Numbered from the stretch's first letter, positions 1 to 11,274 are shown. The stretch is 64,000 bases of DNA from Myxococcota bacterium (GCA_036012755.1 DASCPX010000129.1:103010-167009); one strand, 5' to 3'. Numbers and translations: made by a program. The notes: generated from the sequence alone by a model not told the origin.

Positions 1-1
1 G

Positions 2-937
2 AAGCCCGACAAGGTGCTGTTCACCGGGAGCGTCGCCACGGGGCGAAAGGTCATGAAGGCCGCCGCCGAGCACCCGATCCCGGTCGGTCTGGAGCTCGGA
101 GGGATCGACGCGCTCATCGTCTGCGACGACGCGGACCTCGAGTACGCGGCCTCCGCGGCTGCCTGGGGAGCCACCTTCAACGGGGGCCAGGTCTGCGCGT
201 CGGTCGAGCGCCTCCTGGTCCAGGCGAGCGTGTACGAGCCCTTCCTCGCCCTGCTCCAGGACAAGCTGGAGCGGGTCGATCCTGCGACCGAGCTCGGGCG
301 GATCACCGCCCAGCGACAGAAGCGGGTCTACGAGCACCACCTCGAGGACATGAAGGCTCGAGGGCTGGACATCCGCACTGGCGGTGAGTTCATCGACGAG
401 CTGCGCCTGGCCCCCACGCTGGTGGCTGGAGAGGGTGTCGGCGAGTCCGCCGTGTGGCGCGAGGAGAGCTTCGGGCCGCTGGTGGCCGCGCGTCCCTTCG
501 ACACCGATGACCAGGCGGTCCAGCTCCATGACGCCACGGAGTTCGGCCTGACGGCGTCTGTCTTCTCTCGCAATCCGGAGCGGGCTCGCGCGCTCGCCGG
601 GCGGCTGCGCGTCGGCCTGGTGTCGATCAACGACGTCGGCGCCTCGCTCTATGGACACGCGGAGCTGCCCTGGGGCGGGGTCGGCCAGTCTGGTTTCGGC
701 CGGAGCCAGGGCAAGGAGGGCCTCCTCGAGCTCACCTACGCCAAGGTGATCGAGGACGGCCCGGCCGGCTTCGAGGCCAAGCGTCCCTGGTGGTACCCCT
801 ACGACCAGGACCAGCTGCAGCTGCTGTCGATGTTCGGACAGCTCATCGGCTCCCGGAGCCACCTGGGACGGGCTCGCCTCCTGGCGCGGATGGGCGGCCG
901 CGCCGCCCGCATGGTCACCCGCAGCCCGAGGCTCTGA
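2..937 (+). CDS. aldehyde dehydrogenase family protein, C-terminal ~310 aa (5' end lies outside the window)
   Basis: The frame is open to the window edge. ALDH hallmarks are present: FTGSVATGRKV, the ELGG region, and the catalytic-Cys region FNGGQVCASVERLLV. The stop at 935-937 is 1 nt before the next ATG. Confidence 0.85.
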   Translation, partial: KPDKVLFTGSVATGRKVMKAAAEHPIPVGLELGGIDALIVCDDADLEYAASAAAWGATFNGGQVCASVERLLVQASVYEPFLALLQDKLERVDPATELGRITAQRQKRVYEHHLEDMKARGLDIRTGGEFIDELRLAPTLVAGEGVGESAVWREESFGPLVAARPFDTDDQAVQLHDATEFGLTASVFSRNPERARALAGRLRVGLVSINDVGASLYGHAELPWGGVGQSGFGRSQGKEGLLELTYAKVIEDGPAGFEAKRPWWYPYDQDQLQLLSMFGQLIGSRSHLGRARLLARMGGRAARMVTRSPRL

Positions 938-938
938 G

Positions 939-1913
939 ATGCACGAAGACAACCTCGTTCGCTACGTCGCCGGGGCTGGCGGACACGTGGAGTCCTGGTT
1001 CCTCCGGGCGAACGACCCGGACTCCCGCCGCGCCTTCTGGCTCAAGACGACCCTGCTCCAGGATCTGGAGGGTCGAGCCGTGGCCGAGGCCTGGTGTTGC
1101 ACCTTCGATGGCGCGGACACCTGGGGTGGTCGCAGCACCGTGCCCCTGGGCGAAGCACGCCTGGTCGGTCCGCTCGTCGTCGGAGCCTGCGAGATGGATC
1201 TCGAGGCGGGGACCTGCCGGGGAGAGATCGGGGACCGCAGCTGGGACCTCCGCTTCGAGCGGGCGCCCGCGCCTCTCGCGGCACCCCTCTGCATGATGCC
1301 TATGGCCCGCATGAAGGAGTGGCCGGTTCCCCGCAGCAAGCTCCTGACACCAGCTCCGGCGCTGTTGTTCTCGGGCACGATGAGCTGGGGAGGGCAGGAG
1401 GTCGCCATCGAGCAGTGGCCGGGCATGCAGGGTCACAACTGGGGCAAGGAGCACGCCCACACCTACGCCTGGGGCCAGTGCCTGTTCTCGGACGACGAGG
1501 GGGTCTTCGCCATGGTCGAGGCCTTCAGCGGCCGGCTGGCGATGGCGGGACGGCTGACGCCCTTCATCTCGGGCATGGTCGTGCGCCGAGGAGACCGCGT
1601 CTACCGCTGGGACCGCCTCGTCGACCTCTGGAACCAGGAACCAGAGGTCCACGACACGCACTGGCGGCTACGGCTCCGCGGCCCCGACGGCGATGCGGAG
1701 CTCCGGATGCGCGCCCTGCCCGACGAGATGGTCACCCTCGGCTACCGGAATCCGGACGAACACCTCTCCTACTGCTTCAACTCCAAGCTGGCCGAGGTCG
1801 AGCTCGTCGTGAACCCGACAACGGGCGACGGCTTCACCTGCCGGAGTCCCCATGGTGGGGCTCTCGAGATGCTCCGGCGCGAGCCCAATCCGCGCTTCGG
1901 GGAGGTCGTGTGA
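939..1913 (+). CDS. hypothetical protein (324 aa), middle gene of the ALDH-GMC operon
   Basis: ATG at 939 lies 1 nt after the upstream stop. Its TGA overlaps the GTG of the next gene (GTGA). Composition is protein-like. I recognise no family. Confidence 0.6.
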   Translation: MHEDNLVRYVAGAGGHVESWFLRANDPDSRRAFWLKTTLLQDLEGRAVAEAWCCTFDGADTWGGRSTVPLGEARLVGPLVVGACEMDLEAGTCRGEIGDRSWDLRFERAPAPLAAPLCMMPMARMKEWPVPRSKLLTPAPALLFSGTMSWGGQEVAIEQWPGMQGHNWGKEHAHTYAWGQCLFSDDEGVFAMVEAFSGRLAMAGRLTPFISGMVVRRGDRVYRWDRLVDLWNQEPEVHDTHWRLRLRGPDGDAELRMRALPDEMVTLGYRNPDEHLSYCFNSKLAEVELVVNPTTGDGFTCRSPHGGALEMLRREPNPRFGEVV

Positions 1914-4252
1914 GCGGTCTGTGTTTCTTCGAGACGATGTCCGGAGTCCTCGTGGACGACAAGGGCCTCTCCCACCTCGTCGACTTCGAGGTCAAGGCCG
2001 AGGCCAAGAGCGTGCGCGGCTTCCTACGAAGTGGGCGCAGCCGGCTCACCGGGGTCGTGCGTGCCCGTCCGTGGGCTGATGACGCGCCTCTCGAGGGCAC
2101 CCTGGAGGTCGGCCCCCGTCTCTTCGTCTACGACTTCACCTTCCGTGACGAGGACCGCCTCTTCCGCCTGCGCGGCGAGAAGCACCTCGGCCCGACTCAC
2201 CTGCTGCAGCGCATGACGACCCTGCACGCTGAGCTCTCAGAGGGCGAGACGGTCCTCGCGACCGGGACGATCCGCTTCGATCTGAACGAGGCCCCCGCGC
2301 TGTTGAGCTCGTTCTCTCCCTTTTCGGGCTTCAGGCGAGAAGACCTGCCCGGGACCTTCTCTCCCGAGGAGGTCGCCCTGATGCGTGCCTGGACGGAGAC
2401 CGCGATCGTCCCCGGAGAACTCATCGCAGAGGCCGATGAACAGACCCACGAGGAAACCCTCGCCGTTCTTCGCCGGGCGCCGCCCCGGATTCGTCGCCTG
2501 ACCAAGTGGGCACTTCGGGCGGTCGATCTCGCCGCCAGAGCCAGGTACGGCCGCGGCTTCGTCGGGCTCGACCTCGAGGACAGGCGCGCGCTCGCGGCGG
2601 GCATCGGGCGCGCCGGTGTCGGCGGTCAGGGGCTCCTCCTGCTCCTGGGCTTCGCGCCCAAGTCGGTGCACTTCGGTCGGCCGGAGTACCTCGAGGCCAT
2701 CGGATCGATCAGCTACGACAACCCGGTCCGGGAGCCCGACCCGCGCTGGCTCCAGCAGGTCACGCCTCCAGAGGAGCTCGCACGCGACAGCGAGCTGGAG
2801 GCTGACGTGGTCATCGTCGGCACCGGCGCTGGCGGTGGACCCGTCGCCGCGATGCTCGCCGAGGCCGGCCTGGGCGTCGCGATCGTCGAGGAGGGGCGCT
2901 ACGGGCTCCGCCAGGACTTCGAGGGTCCTCCGCTGGACCGCATGCATCGCTTCTGGCGGGACGGGGGCCTCCAGTTCACCCTGGGCAACGTCCCCATCGC
3001 CTTGCCGACCGGCAAGATGGTCGGCGGCACCACCGCCATCAACTCCGGGACGTGCTTCCGCACCCCGGACGCGGTGCTGGCCGAGTGGCGCTCAGAGGGC
3101 TTCCCGACGGACTTCTCCCCTCAGTCCTTCGGGCGCTGGCTGGACTCGGTGGAGGCGGAGCTGCAGGTCGAGCCCGGGGAGGCGCGCTACCTCGGTCGGA
3201 TCGCAGAGGTCGTCGCCCGGGGCGCAGAGGCCATGGGCAAGCCCCACGGTCCCCTCCGCCGGAACGCGCCGGGATGCGATGGTCAAGGTGTGTGCGCGGT
3301 CGGCTGTCCGACCGACGCCAAGCGCTCGACGAACATCTCCTACATCCCGCGGGCGCTGGCGAGTGGAGCGGCGCTGTTCACCGGGCTCAAGGTCCACCGC
3401 GTGCTGATGCGGGGGCACCGAGCCGTCGGCGTCGAGGCTCGTGGACAGGACGAGCGCGGGGCTCCGCGAAGGCTCCGGATCAAGGCCCGGGCGGTCGTCA
3501 TCGCGGCCGGGACGCTCGCTTCACCGCTTCTGTTGCACGCCAGCGGCGTCCGCCTGCCGATGCTCGGGAAGAACCTCTCCATCCACCCGGCGCTGGGCAT
3601 GTTCGGCATGTTCGAGGAGCGCATGGAGGCCTGGAATGCCATCCCCCAGAGCTACGGGGTCGAGGGACTGGTCGACGAGCGCGTTCGCTTCGAGGGCTTC
3701 TACGTGCCCCCGCAGCTCGCTGCGCCGCTGATGCCCGTCGAGGGCCCCGAGCTCACCCGCTGGATGGACCGGGCCGCTCATGTCGCCCAGTTCGGCTTCA
3801 TGGTGCGGGACCGTGGCGTCGGTTCGGTTCGGCCTGACTCCGGTGGTCGCCCGCTGATCCGCTACGACATCGACCGGGGGACCCTCGAGCGCTTCCGAAA
3901 GGGCTCGGCGCTCCTGGCCGAGCTCCTGCTCCGCGGGGGCGCCAGCGAGGTCCTCGCCGGGGTGGGATCCACGATCACCCTGACCACGCTGTCCGAAGCC
4001 CGCGCCCTGGCCGAGGCTCCGCTGCGCCCGAGCGCCTTCCGCTCCAGCGCCTTCCACCCCCTGGGGACCTGTCGCATGGGCGCTGACGCCGCCCGCGGCG
4101 TCGTGGACTTCGACCACAAGGTCTACGGGACGCGGAATCTGTACGTGATCGACGGCTCGACCGTGCCCAGTTCGTTGGGCGTCAACCCCCAGGTCACGAT
4201 CATGGCGATGGCCGCTCGGGCGGGGCATCGTCTCGCTGCTGCCCTCGGATAG
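1910..4252 (+). CDS. GMC-family FAD oxidoreductase with a ~300-aa N-terminal extension
   Basis: Rossmann motif DVVIVGTGAGGGPVAAMLAEAG. GMC C-terminal signature HPLGTCRMG...VYGTRNLYVIDGSTVPSSLGVNPQVTIMAMA. The track ORF (1094..) is an upstream extension through junk. GTG 1910 (GTGA overlap) or ATG 1937 are the plausible starts. Confidence 0.8.
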   Translation: MSGLCFFETMSGVLVDDKGLSHLVDFEVKAEAKSVRGFLRSGRSRLTGVVRARPWADDAPLEGTLEVGPRLFVYDFTFRDEDRLFRLRGEKHLGPTHLLQRMTTLHAELSEGETVLATGTIRFDLNEAPALLSSFSPFSGFRREDLPGTFSPEEVALMRAWTETAIVPGELIAEADEQTHEETLAVLRRAPPRIRRLTKWALRAVDLAARARYGRGFVGLDLEDRRALAAGIGRAGVGGQGLLLLLGFAPKSVHFGRPEYLEAIGSISYDNPVREPDPRWLQQVTPPEELARDSELEADVVIVGTGAGGGPVAAMLAEAGLGVAIVEEGRYGLRQDFEGPPLDRMHRFWRDGGLQFTLGNVPIALPTGKMVGGTTAINSGTCFRTPDAVLAEWRSEGFPTDFSPQSFGRWLDSVEAELQVEPGEARYLGRIAEVVARGAEAMGKPHGPLRRNAPGCDGQGVCAVGCPTDAKRSTNISYIPRALASGAALFTGLKVHRVLMRGHRAVGVEARGQDERGAPRRLRIKARAVVIAAGTLASPLLLHASGVRLPMLGKNLSIHPALGMFGMFEERMEAWNAIPQSYGVEGLVDERVRFEGFYVPPQLAAPLMPVEGPELTRWMDRAAHVAQFGFMVRDRGVGSVRPDSGGRPLIRYDIDRGTLERFRKGSALLAELLLRGGASEVLAGVGSTITLTTLSEARALAEAPLRPSAFRSSAFHPLGTCRMGADAARGVVDFDHKVYGTRNLYVIDGSTVPSSLGVNPQVTIMAMAARAGHRLAAALG

Positions 4253-4277
4253 GGGCGGAGGGCGCTACGCTCCAAGC

Positions 4278-5329
<1,052 letters not shown>

Positions 5330-5333
<4 letters not shown>

Positions 5334-6784
5334 GCGCGACTGTTCTCGCCATCGACGACGAGCCCGAGCTCCTCGGCAGCATCAGGAAGATCCTCAGCCG
5401 GGAGGGGCTGCGGGTGTTGACCGCGTCCTCGGGCGAGCAGGGCCTGCTCCTGCTCCAGCAGGACGAGTCGCCCGATCTGGTGCTCACCGACCTGATGATG
5501 CCCGGACTCGGCGGCATGGAGGTGCTTCGCAGCGTGCGCCGCCGCCACCCGGAGACCCCCGTCGTCGTGATGACGGCCTACGCCACGGTCGAGAACGCCG
5601 TCCAGTCGATCCGCGAGGGGGCATACGACGTCCTCACCAAGCCCTTCTCTCCCGACCAGCTGCTCCTGGTGGTCCAGCGGGCCGTCGAGCGTCGCCGGCT
5701 GCGGGTCGAGAACTCCGCCCTGCGCGCCCAGCTCGGGCGCGGCGAGAGCGACGGGCCTTCGCGCATCGTCGGCGAGTCCCAAGCCATCGAGCGGCTCCGG
5801 GAGCTGCTGCGTCGGGTGGGGCCCACGGAGCTCTCCGTCCTCATCACGGGCGAGTCCGGCACCGGGAAGGAGATCGTGGCGCAGGCTCTCCACCTCGCCA
5901 GCAAGCGAGCGAAGAAGCCCTTCGTCCCGGTCGACTGCGCCGCCATCCCCGCCAACCTGATGGAGTCGGAGCTCTTCGGCCACGAGCGGGGCGCCTTCAC
6001 CGGCGCGACCGGTCGTCGCAAGGGGCTGGTCGAGGCGGCGCACAAGGGCACCTTCTTCCTCGACGAGATCGGCGAGATGTCGCTGGATCTGCAGGTCAAG
6101 CTCCTGCGCCTGTTGCAGGAGCGGCAGTTCCGCCGGGTGGGCGGGACCGACATGCACGAGGTCGACCTGCGTGTGGTCGCGGCCACCAATCGCCAGCTGG
6201 ACAAGATGGTCCGCGAGGGCGGCTTCCGCGAGGACCTCTTCCATCGCCTCAACGTCGTGCACGTTCACCTGCCCGCGCTGCGCGAGCGCCCGGAGGACGT
6301 GCCGATCCTCCTGCAGCACTTCGTCAAGCGCTGCGCCCTGGAGGCCGGGAGGGGTTCACTGCGACTCTCGAGCGACGTCGTCGACGCGCTCACGCGCTAC
6401 TCGTGGCCGGGCAACGTGCGCGAGCTGGTGAACTGTGCGCGCTATGTCGCTTCGCTGGCTCCTGGTCCAGAGGTGCGCCTGGCCGACCTGCCTCCGCGCC
6501 TGAAGGGGGTCGGAGGACCCGTGCCGCTGGCCTCTGAACAAGCTCGCGGCTCTCCCGGCTCTGCCGGCTCCGCCCTTGGCGAACCGGCGGCCATTCGCTA
6601 CGACCTCCCCTACAAGAAGGCCAAGCGAATGTGGCTGGAGGTCTTCGAGTTCGCCTACATCACCTACCTGTTGAAGCGGCACGACAACAACGTCTCCCAC
6701 GCGGCTCGAGAGGCCGGCATCGACCGGAAGTCGATCCAACGGCTCATGAAGCGCAACAACATGAAGGGCACTCGGGATGAGTGA
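5330..6784 (+). CDS. NtrC-family sigma-54-dependent response regulator (REC-AAA+-HTH)
   Basis: Receiver VLAIDDEPE...[11 protein letters not shown]. Walker A GESGTGKE. Sigma-54 contact loop [16 protein letters not shown]-terminal Fis-type [24 protein letters not shown]. The start is set at the ATGA overlap, not at the track's 5087. Confidence 0.9.
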
Positions 6785-6802
6785 GCTATTCTCGGCGCCC
6801 TC

Positions 6803-8146
6803 GTGAGCGAAGTCACCAGCACCATCGCGGAGCCGCTCCGGCGGCAGATCCATCTCCGCAAGGGACGCCTCACCTGCGTCGCTGGTCCCGACACGGGCGC
6901 CTCCTGGGAAGTGGACACAGACGTGCTCCACATCGGCGCCAAGGCCACCAACGACGTGATCCTCACCGACACCACCGTGAGCCGCCGCCACGCAGAGGTC
7001 GTGCGCACCCGCGAGGGTGTGGTGCTTCGCGACTGCGGCTCCACCAATGGGACCTTCGTCGGGCCGATTCGCGTGAAGGAGGTCTTCCTCACCCCCGAGA
7101 TGAGCTTCCGGGTCGGCAAGACGGAGCTGTCGTTCTCTCCGACCGACGAGGTCATCGAGATCCGCCCCTCCAAGAAGCACCAACTCGACCAGATGGTCGG
7201 AGACGCTGTCGCGATGCGAGAGCTCTTCTCCATCATCGAGCGGGTGGCGCCGACGAACCTCACCTGCCTGATCACCGGAGAGACCGGCACCGGGAAGGAG
7301 CTGGCATCTCGCGCGGTCCACAACCTCTCACCCCGGAAGAACGGACCGTTTCGCGTCTTCGACTGCGGCGCGGCTCCGGAGACGCTCATCGAGTCCGAGC
7401 TCTTTGGCCACGAGAAGGGATCTTTCACCGGGGCAGTGCAGGCCCGCGAGGGCGTCTTCGAGGCCGCCCACCGCGGCACCATCTTCCTCGACGAGATCGG
7501 AGAGCTCCCGCTCGACCTGCAGCCGAAGCTCCTACGCGTGCTGGAGCAGCGCGAGGTCCGCCGTGTCGGGTCGGGACGCACTCGCGCGGTCGACGTGCGG
7601 GTGGTCGCCGCCACCAACCGCAACCTGATCGAGGAGGTCCGCGGCGGCCGGTTCCGCGAGGATCTCTACTACCGCCTCGCCGTCGTCGAGCTCCACCTGC
7701 CCGCGCTCCGTGATCGGGTCGAGGACCTCCGCGCGCTGGTCGACCACATGCTGAAGCGGAACCAGGTCGAGCTGCAGGTGAGCGAGTCGGTGCTGGAGCT
7801 CTTCAAGGCCTACCACTGGCCCGGGAACGTGCGCGAGCTGGCGAACGTGGTCGAGCGCGCCATCCCGTTCACCGACGGCGAGGAGATCACCTTGCACGCC
7901 CTGCCGGATGCGCTGCGTTCACCCGGACCCGGCCGCGGACCCTCCGCCGCGGCGGTCGGTGCGAGCTCGAGCTCTGCCGACGTGCCCTTCAAGGACGCGA
8001 AGGTGAAGCTCATCGAGGCCTTCGAGCGCCAGTACCTGCTCGATCTCATCGACCGCCACGGCGGCAACGTGTCGAAGGCGGCTCGCGCCGCTGACATGGA
8101 CCGGAAGTCCATCACCCGGCTCCTCAAGAAGCACGGGATCCGCTGA
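6803..8146 (+). CDS. FHA-domain sigma-54-dependent transcriptional activator (FHA-AAA+-HTH)
   Basis: N-terminal FHA pattern HIGAKATNDVILTDTTVSRRHAEV...GSTNGTFV. Walker A GETGTGKE. GSFTGA loop. C-terminal HTH NVSKAARAADMDRKSITRLLKK. Confidence 0.9.
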   Translation: MSEVTSTIAEPLRRQIHLRKGRLTCVAGPDTGASWEVDTDVLHIGAKATNDVILTDTTVSRRHAEVVRTREGVVLRDCGSTNGTFVGPIRVKEVFLTPEMSFRVGKTELSFSPTDEVIEIRPSKKHQLDQMVGDAVAMRELFSIIERVAPTNLTCLITGETGTGKELASRAVHNLSPRKNGPFRVFDCGAAPETLIESELFGHEKGSFTGAVQAREGVFEAAHRGTIFLDEIGELPLDLQPKLLRVLEQREVRRVGSGRTRAVDVRVVAATNRNLIEEVRGGRFREDLYYRLAVVELHLPALRDRVEDLRALVDHMLKRNQVELQVSESVLELFKAYHWPGNVRELANVVERAIPFTDGEEITLHALPDALRSPGPGRGPSAAAVGASSSSADVPFKDAKVKLIEAFERQYLLDLIDRHGGNVSKAARAADMDRKSITRLLKKHGIR

Positions 8147-8149
8147 GGG

Positions 8150-8602
8150 TCACCCGCGGCGCAGGAGCCTCTTCAACAGCGAGCGTCTGCCCAGCGGCGC
8201 CTCCTCGACCGGTCGTCTTCCCGCGAGCACCGCGCGGATCCACGCGACGAGGCGCTCGTCCGAGAGTTGGCCTCGCGCGTAGCCCTCCGCGGTCTCCATG
8301 ACCTCTTCGGCGGAGCCCGCCCCCATCGGGTCGATGACGGCCACCGGAGTCGGTCGAAGGTCGGTCTTCAGGGTTCGGCAGAGGCTGATCGCTCCCCTGG
8401 GGTTTCGGGGGTCCACGGCGACGATGACGAGCTCCGGCGCAAGATCCCGCACCCTCTTCATGGCGGTGCGCGAGGGATCGTCGGGGAGCACCCGAAACTC
8501 GTCCCGAAGGGCGCCGATGAGCGCCAGCCTATGGCCAGGGTCCCCCACGAGGACCAGCAGGCTCGGTCGCGGTTGGCTGTTCGTCACGGCTACAAGCGCC
8601 AT
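8150..8602 (-). CDS. receiver-like (possibly pseudo-receiver) small protein, 150 aa
   Basis: Only the C-terminal 150 codons of track ORF 8150..8884 look protein-like. The layout LLVLVGD...ELVIVAVDP...PVAVID resembles a CheY fold. The start has a weak SD. Confidence 0.5.
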   Translation of the reverse strand: MALVAVTNSQPRPSLLVLVGDPGHRLALIGALRDEFRVLPDDPSRTAMKRVRDLAPELVIVAVDPRNPRGAISLCRTLKTDLRPTPVAVIDPMGAGSAEEVMETAEGYARGQLSDERLVAWIRAVLAGRRPVEEAPLGRRSLLKRLLRRG

Positions 8603-8647
8603 GGTAGCGTGCGGAGCACCCTGAACAGATGCTGGAGTCCACTCTTC

Positions 8648-9151
8648 ATGAGCAACCGTCTGCAGGATATCCAGGTCGAGCTGAGGTCCATCCTGGATGC
8701 TCGGTTGGCCGAGCTGACAAAGGTCATCTCGGAGACCGAGAAGACGACCCGCGACATCGTCTCCGCCGAGCTCGAGATAGCCCGCACGACGCAGGCGGCC
8801 GAGGGGCTGGAGTCGGAGGCCGAGCGCCTGAAGAAGGACGCCGCGTCGATCAGGGCGCGCACCGCCGACATCACGAAGAGCCACTCCAAGCGGGTGGAGG
8901 AGCGCGACCTCTTGAAGCTGGAGCTGGAGGGCCTCGAGAAGGATGGCAGCGAGCTTAGAAAGGAGGTCACGAGCCTGGAGAAGAAGGTCAAGAGAGCAGA
9001 GGAGCGGAGCTCCAAGCTCGCTGCCGACAAGGACAACCTGGAGAGCAAGCTCAAGGAGCTTCGTGAGCAGATCGCGAAGATGAAGAAGCTGAAGGCCGAC
9101 CTGATGAGCTCGATGAGGGGGAACATGAGCGAGCTCACCGGGGGCGACTAG
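8648..9151 (+). CDS. coiled-coil protein, 167 aa
   Basis: ATG 8648 is preceded by GGAG. The sequence is heptad-like and K/E/L-rich throughout (LKLELEGLEKDGSELRKEVTSLEKKVKRAEE...). The upstream part of the track ORF overlaps the divergent gene and is junk. Confidence 0.6.
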   Translation: MSNRLQDIQVELRSILDARLAELTKVISETEKTTRDIVSAELEIARTTQAAEGLESEAERLKKDAASIRARTADITKSHSKRVEERDLLKLELEGLEKDGSELRKEVTSLEKKVKRAEERSSKLAADKDNLESKLKELREQIAKMKKLKADLMSSMRGNMSELTGGD

Positions 9152-9322
9152 TGCCCCTCGGCAGAAGTCGCGACGCGCCTTCCACCGGCGCCTTCGGCGC
9201 GCGCCGCGGCGCGGCGCTGGGGCACTCGTTTCCTTCCAGGGGGGCCCCTCCCCCCGGGCCTACGGCCCTCCCCCCGTCGCAGCCCCGACTGCGTCGGAAC
9301 TTACGCGGGAGAGAACTAGTCA

Positions 9323-11113
9323 ATGGCGCGTAAGGGCTCCAAGAAGCCGGGGGCCGACGACGCGCTGGCGGCGGCGCTCGCACTTCGGGATGTGCTGTCG
9401 ACTGCCGCCGGCACCCTTGCGGTCCTGAAGACCCAGGGAGTCTCCCTGGAGGCCATCCACGACTCCGAGAGGGTCCGCTACGAGGCCTACGGCTCACGCT
9501 TCGACAAGCTCGCTCGCCGGGCCCGCTTCCTGCGCATCCGCTGCGAGGTCTACTCTTCCGTCGAGTGGCCCTCGCTGGACATCGAGTCCCTCGAGCGCAC
9601 GGTGGACATCAAGGAGCCGCCTGCTCCGGTCGCTGCCGAGGTCATCGAGTTCTTCGAAGACAACGATGAGAACACCACGCCGCTGCCGGACGTCTCGGAC
9701 CGGACGGATCCGCATGGCTTCGAGGACGACGAGGCCACCGTCCTTCACACGCCCGTGGAGGGACCGGCCACGCTCGTCCCTGAGACGTCCGCCGACCAGG
9801 AGGGCAGCGTCGATCTTGACGCGAGCCTGGAGGCCGAGCTGGTGGACGATCTCGGCGAGGCCAGCGTGGACATCGTCGAGGATGAGTCCGCGAGTGATGA
9901 CGAGATCGCACCGGAACCGGAGCCGGAACCGGAGCCGGAAGCGGAACCGGAAGCGGAAGCGGAACCTGGTGCTGTCTTCGAGCCGCGCGTGGTCGAACAG
10001 GTCGTGGTCGAACAGGTCGTGGTCGATCCTCTGCCCGTCGTCGAGGAAGACCCGGAACCTGAGCCTGAGCCCGAGCCTGAGCCGGAACCTGAAGCGGAGC
10101 TGGAGCCGGAACCTGAACCTGAACCTGATCCAGCCGGGATCGTGGATGTCGACCAGGTCGCAACGGAGATGGAGACCTTCGACCCGGTGGAGGCGGTCCT
10201 CTTCGAGGTCGACGCCGGCGCACGGGACGACACCGGCGTTCACAGCGGGAACGACAACCCCGCGAACCTCGTGGACGAGCTCGGCAAGACCATCCTGCCG
10301 ACCATCAAGGACCGCTCGAGCGGCACGGGCCCCGTGGCGGCAGCGGCCGTCCAGATGAACCCGGATGGGAGCGCCACGGCCATCGGGGGAGAGGACGAAG
10401 ACGAGGACATCGAGCTCGCGCTCGGTGACGCGGGTCCTGAGTACGATGCGATGCCCGTGGCGGATTCCGGCTTCGCCTTCGAGCACGAGGAGCCCGAGTA
10501 CGAGGACGACGAGGAGTCCCAGGACCTCCCCAAGGCCCCGAAGCTGACGCCGGACGAGCCCGCCTACTCCAACTACCACGACGGCAGCGTCGAGCTGACC
10601 GGCGACGACATCTCGCAGATCGAGGAGGTGGACGAGGGCAGGATCCGGACCCTCGAGGAGCAGGCCCAGGAGGCCCTCGAGCGGGGCGACCTTCACGCGG
10701 CCGCGACCTCCTACAGCGATCTCCTCGAGCTCGATCCGACCAACCTCGACGCCTACCTCGGGCGTGGCCGTTGCTACCTCGATCTCGGCGACTACGCGGC
10801 CGCGATGTCGGACTTCCAGAAGGGCGAGGACCTCGACCCGGAGGGACCGGAGAGCCTGGTGGCCATGGGCGAGCTCTTCTTCGCGCGCAAGGAATACAGC
10901 CGGGCCATCGAGTTCTTCGATCAGGCCATCGAGCTCGACGGCTCGCACGCCATGGCGCGCTGTCGGCGAGGCATCTCCTACTACTACAAGAAGAGCTACC
11001 GCCAGGCGTTCCTGGACTTGCAGAAGGCCTACACGCTGGACCCGGAGATCCCGAACATCCGCAAGTACGTCCAGATGGCCATCAAGAAGCTGGAGCGGTC
11101 CGGCGAGGGCTGA
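9323..11113 (+). CDS. acidic low-complexity protein with (EP)n tracts and C-terminal TPR repeats
   Basis: 596-aa ORF. SD GGGAGAG lies upstream. The central D/E/P-rich region contains PEPEPEPE runs. The C-terminus holds 3-4 TPR-like units ([30 protein letters not shown]...). Confidence 0.75.
   Translation: MARKGSKKPGADDALAAALALRDVLSTAAGTLAVLKTQGVSLEAIHDSERVRYEAYGSRFDKLARRARFLRIRCEVYSSVEWPSLDIESLERTVDIKEPPAPVAAEVIEFFEDNDENTTPLPDVSDRTDPHGFEDDEATVLHTPVEGPATLVPETSADQEGSVDLDASLEAELVDDLGEASVDIVEDESASDDEIAPEPEPEPEPEAEPEAEAEPGAVFEPRVVEQVVVEQVVVDPLPVVEEDPEPEPEPEPEPEPEAELEPEPEPEPDPAGIVDVDQVATEMETFDPVEAVLFEVDAGARDDTGVHSGNDNPANLVDELGKTILPTIKDRSSGTGPVAAAAVQMNPDGSATAIGGEDEDEDIELALGDAGPEYDAMPVADSGFAFEHEEPEYEDDEESQDLPKAPKLTPDEPAYSNYHDGSVELTGDDISQIEEVDEGRIRTLEEQAQEALERGDLHAAATSYSDLLELDPTNLDAYLGRGRCYLDLGDYAAAMSDFQKGEDLDPEGPESLVAMGELFFARKEYSRAIEFFDQAIELDGSHAMARCRRGISYYYKKSYRQAFLDLQKAYTLDPEIPNIRKYVQMAIKKLERSGEG
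9908..10133 (+). repeat. coding hexanucleotide (GAR-CCK)n microsatellite blocks plus a 15-nt tandem repeat
   Basis: 9908-9967 and 10046-10133 are tandem GAACCG/GAGCCG/GAACCT units encoding (E-P/A)n. Between them GTGGTCGAACAGGTC is repeated 2.5x (9989-10026). Confidence 0.85.
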
Positions 11114-11152
11114 ACTCCGGGTGCGTAAGCGCCTTCGCGGGAGCCTCCTGCC

Positions 11153-11184
11153 AAGCGCGTAGTCGCGTTCGCGCTTCGTCTTTT
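11153..11184 (+). terminator. putative intrinsic terminator downstream of the TPR gene
   Basis: 7-bp stem AAGCGCG/CGCGCTT with a 10-nt loop, followed by CGTCTTTTCC. Confidence 0.45.
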
Positions 11185-11224
11185 CCAGACGGCCAAGACC
11201 CTGGAATCAGGATCCCAGAGGAGT

Positions 11225-11240
11225 TGGCATGGTCCCTGCA
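11225..11240 (+). promoter_or_regulatory. sigma-54 (-24/-12) promoter candidate
   Basis: TGGCATGGTCCCTGCA versus consensus TGGCAC-N5-TTGCA. GG and GC have the exact canonical spacing. It lies 35 nt upstream of ATG 11275 in a terminator-bounded intergenic region. Confidence 0.5.
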
Positions 11241-11274
11241 GTAGGACCGGCGAACGATAGCTGGACGCGTCCGC

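Noticed and set aside
1094-1909. 5' extensions of track ORFs: 1094.. for the GMC gene, 5087.. for the NtrC-like gene, 11467..13665 for thyX, 23422..29556 for A2M, 30237..31397 for TlpA, 36128..37819, 36949..38901, 61955..63739 and others.
   Set aside because: The extended parts overlap neighbouring genes and translate to junk. Internal starts with an SD or with stop-start coupling were used instead.
9151-9322. GC-rich structured intergenic region: AGTGCCCC...GGGGCACT arms 61 nt apart, a GGGGGGCCCC run, and small hairpins.
   Set aside because: The stems are short or distant. I found no recognisable riboswitch, sRNA or promoter consensus. It may simply be a weak terminator for the coiled-coil gene.
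9908-10133. Short tandem repeats that might be taken for a CRISPR-like or minisatellite locus.
   Set aside because: The units are 6 nt and 15 nt, in frame and without spacers, inside a long ORF. They are coding low-complexity, not a CRISPR array.
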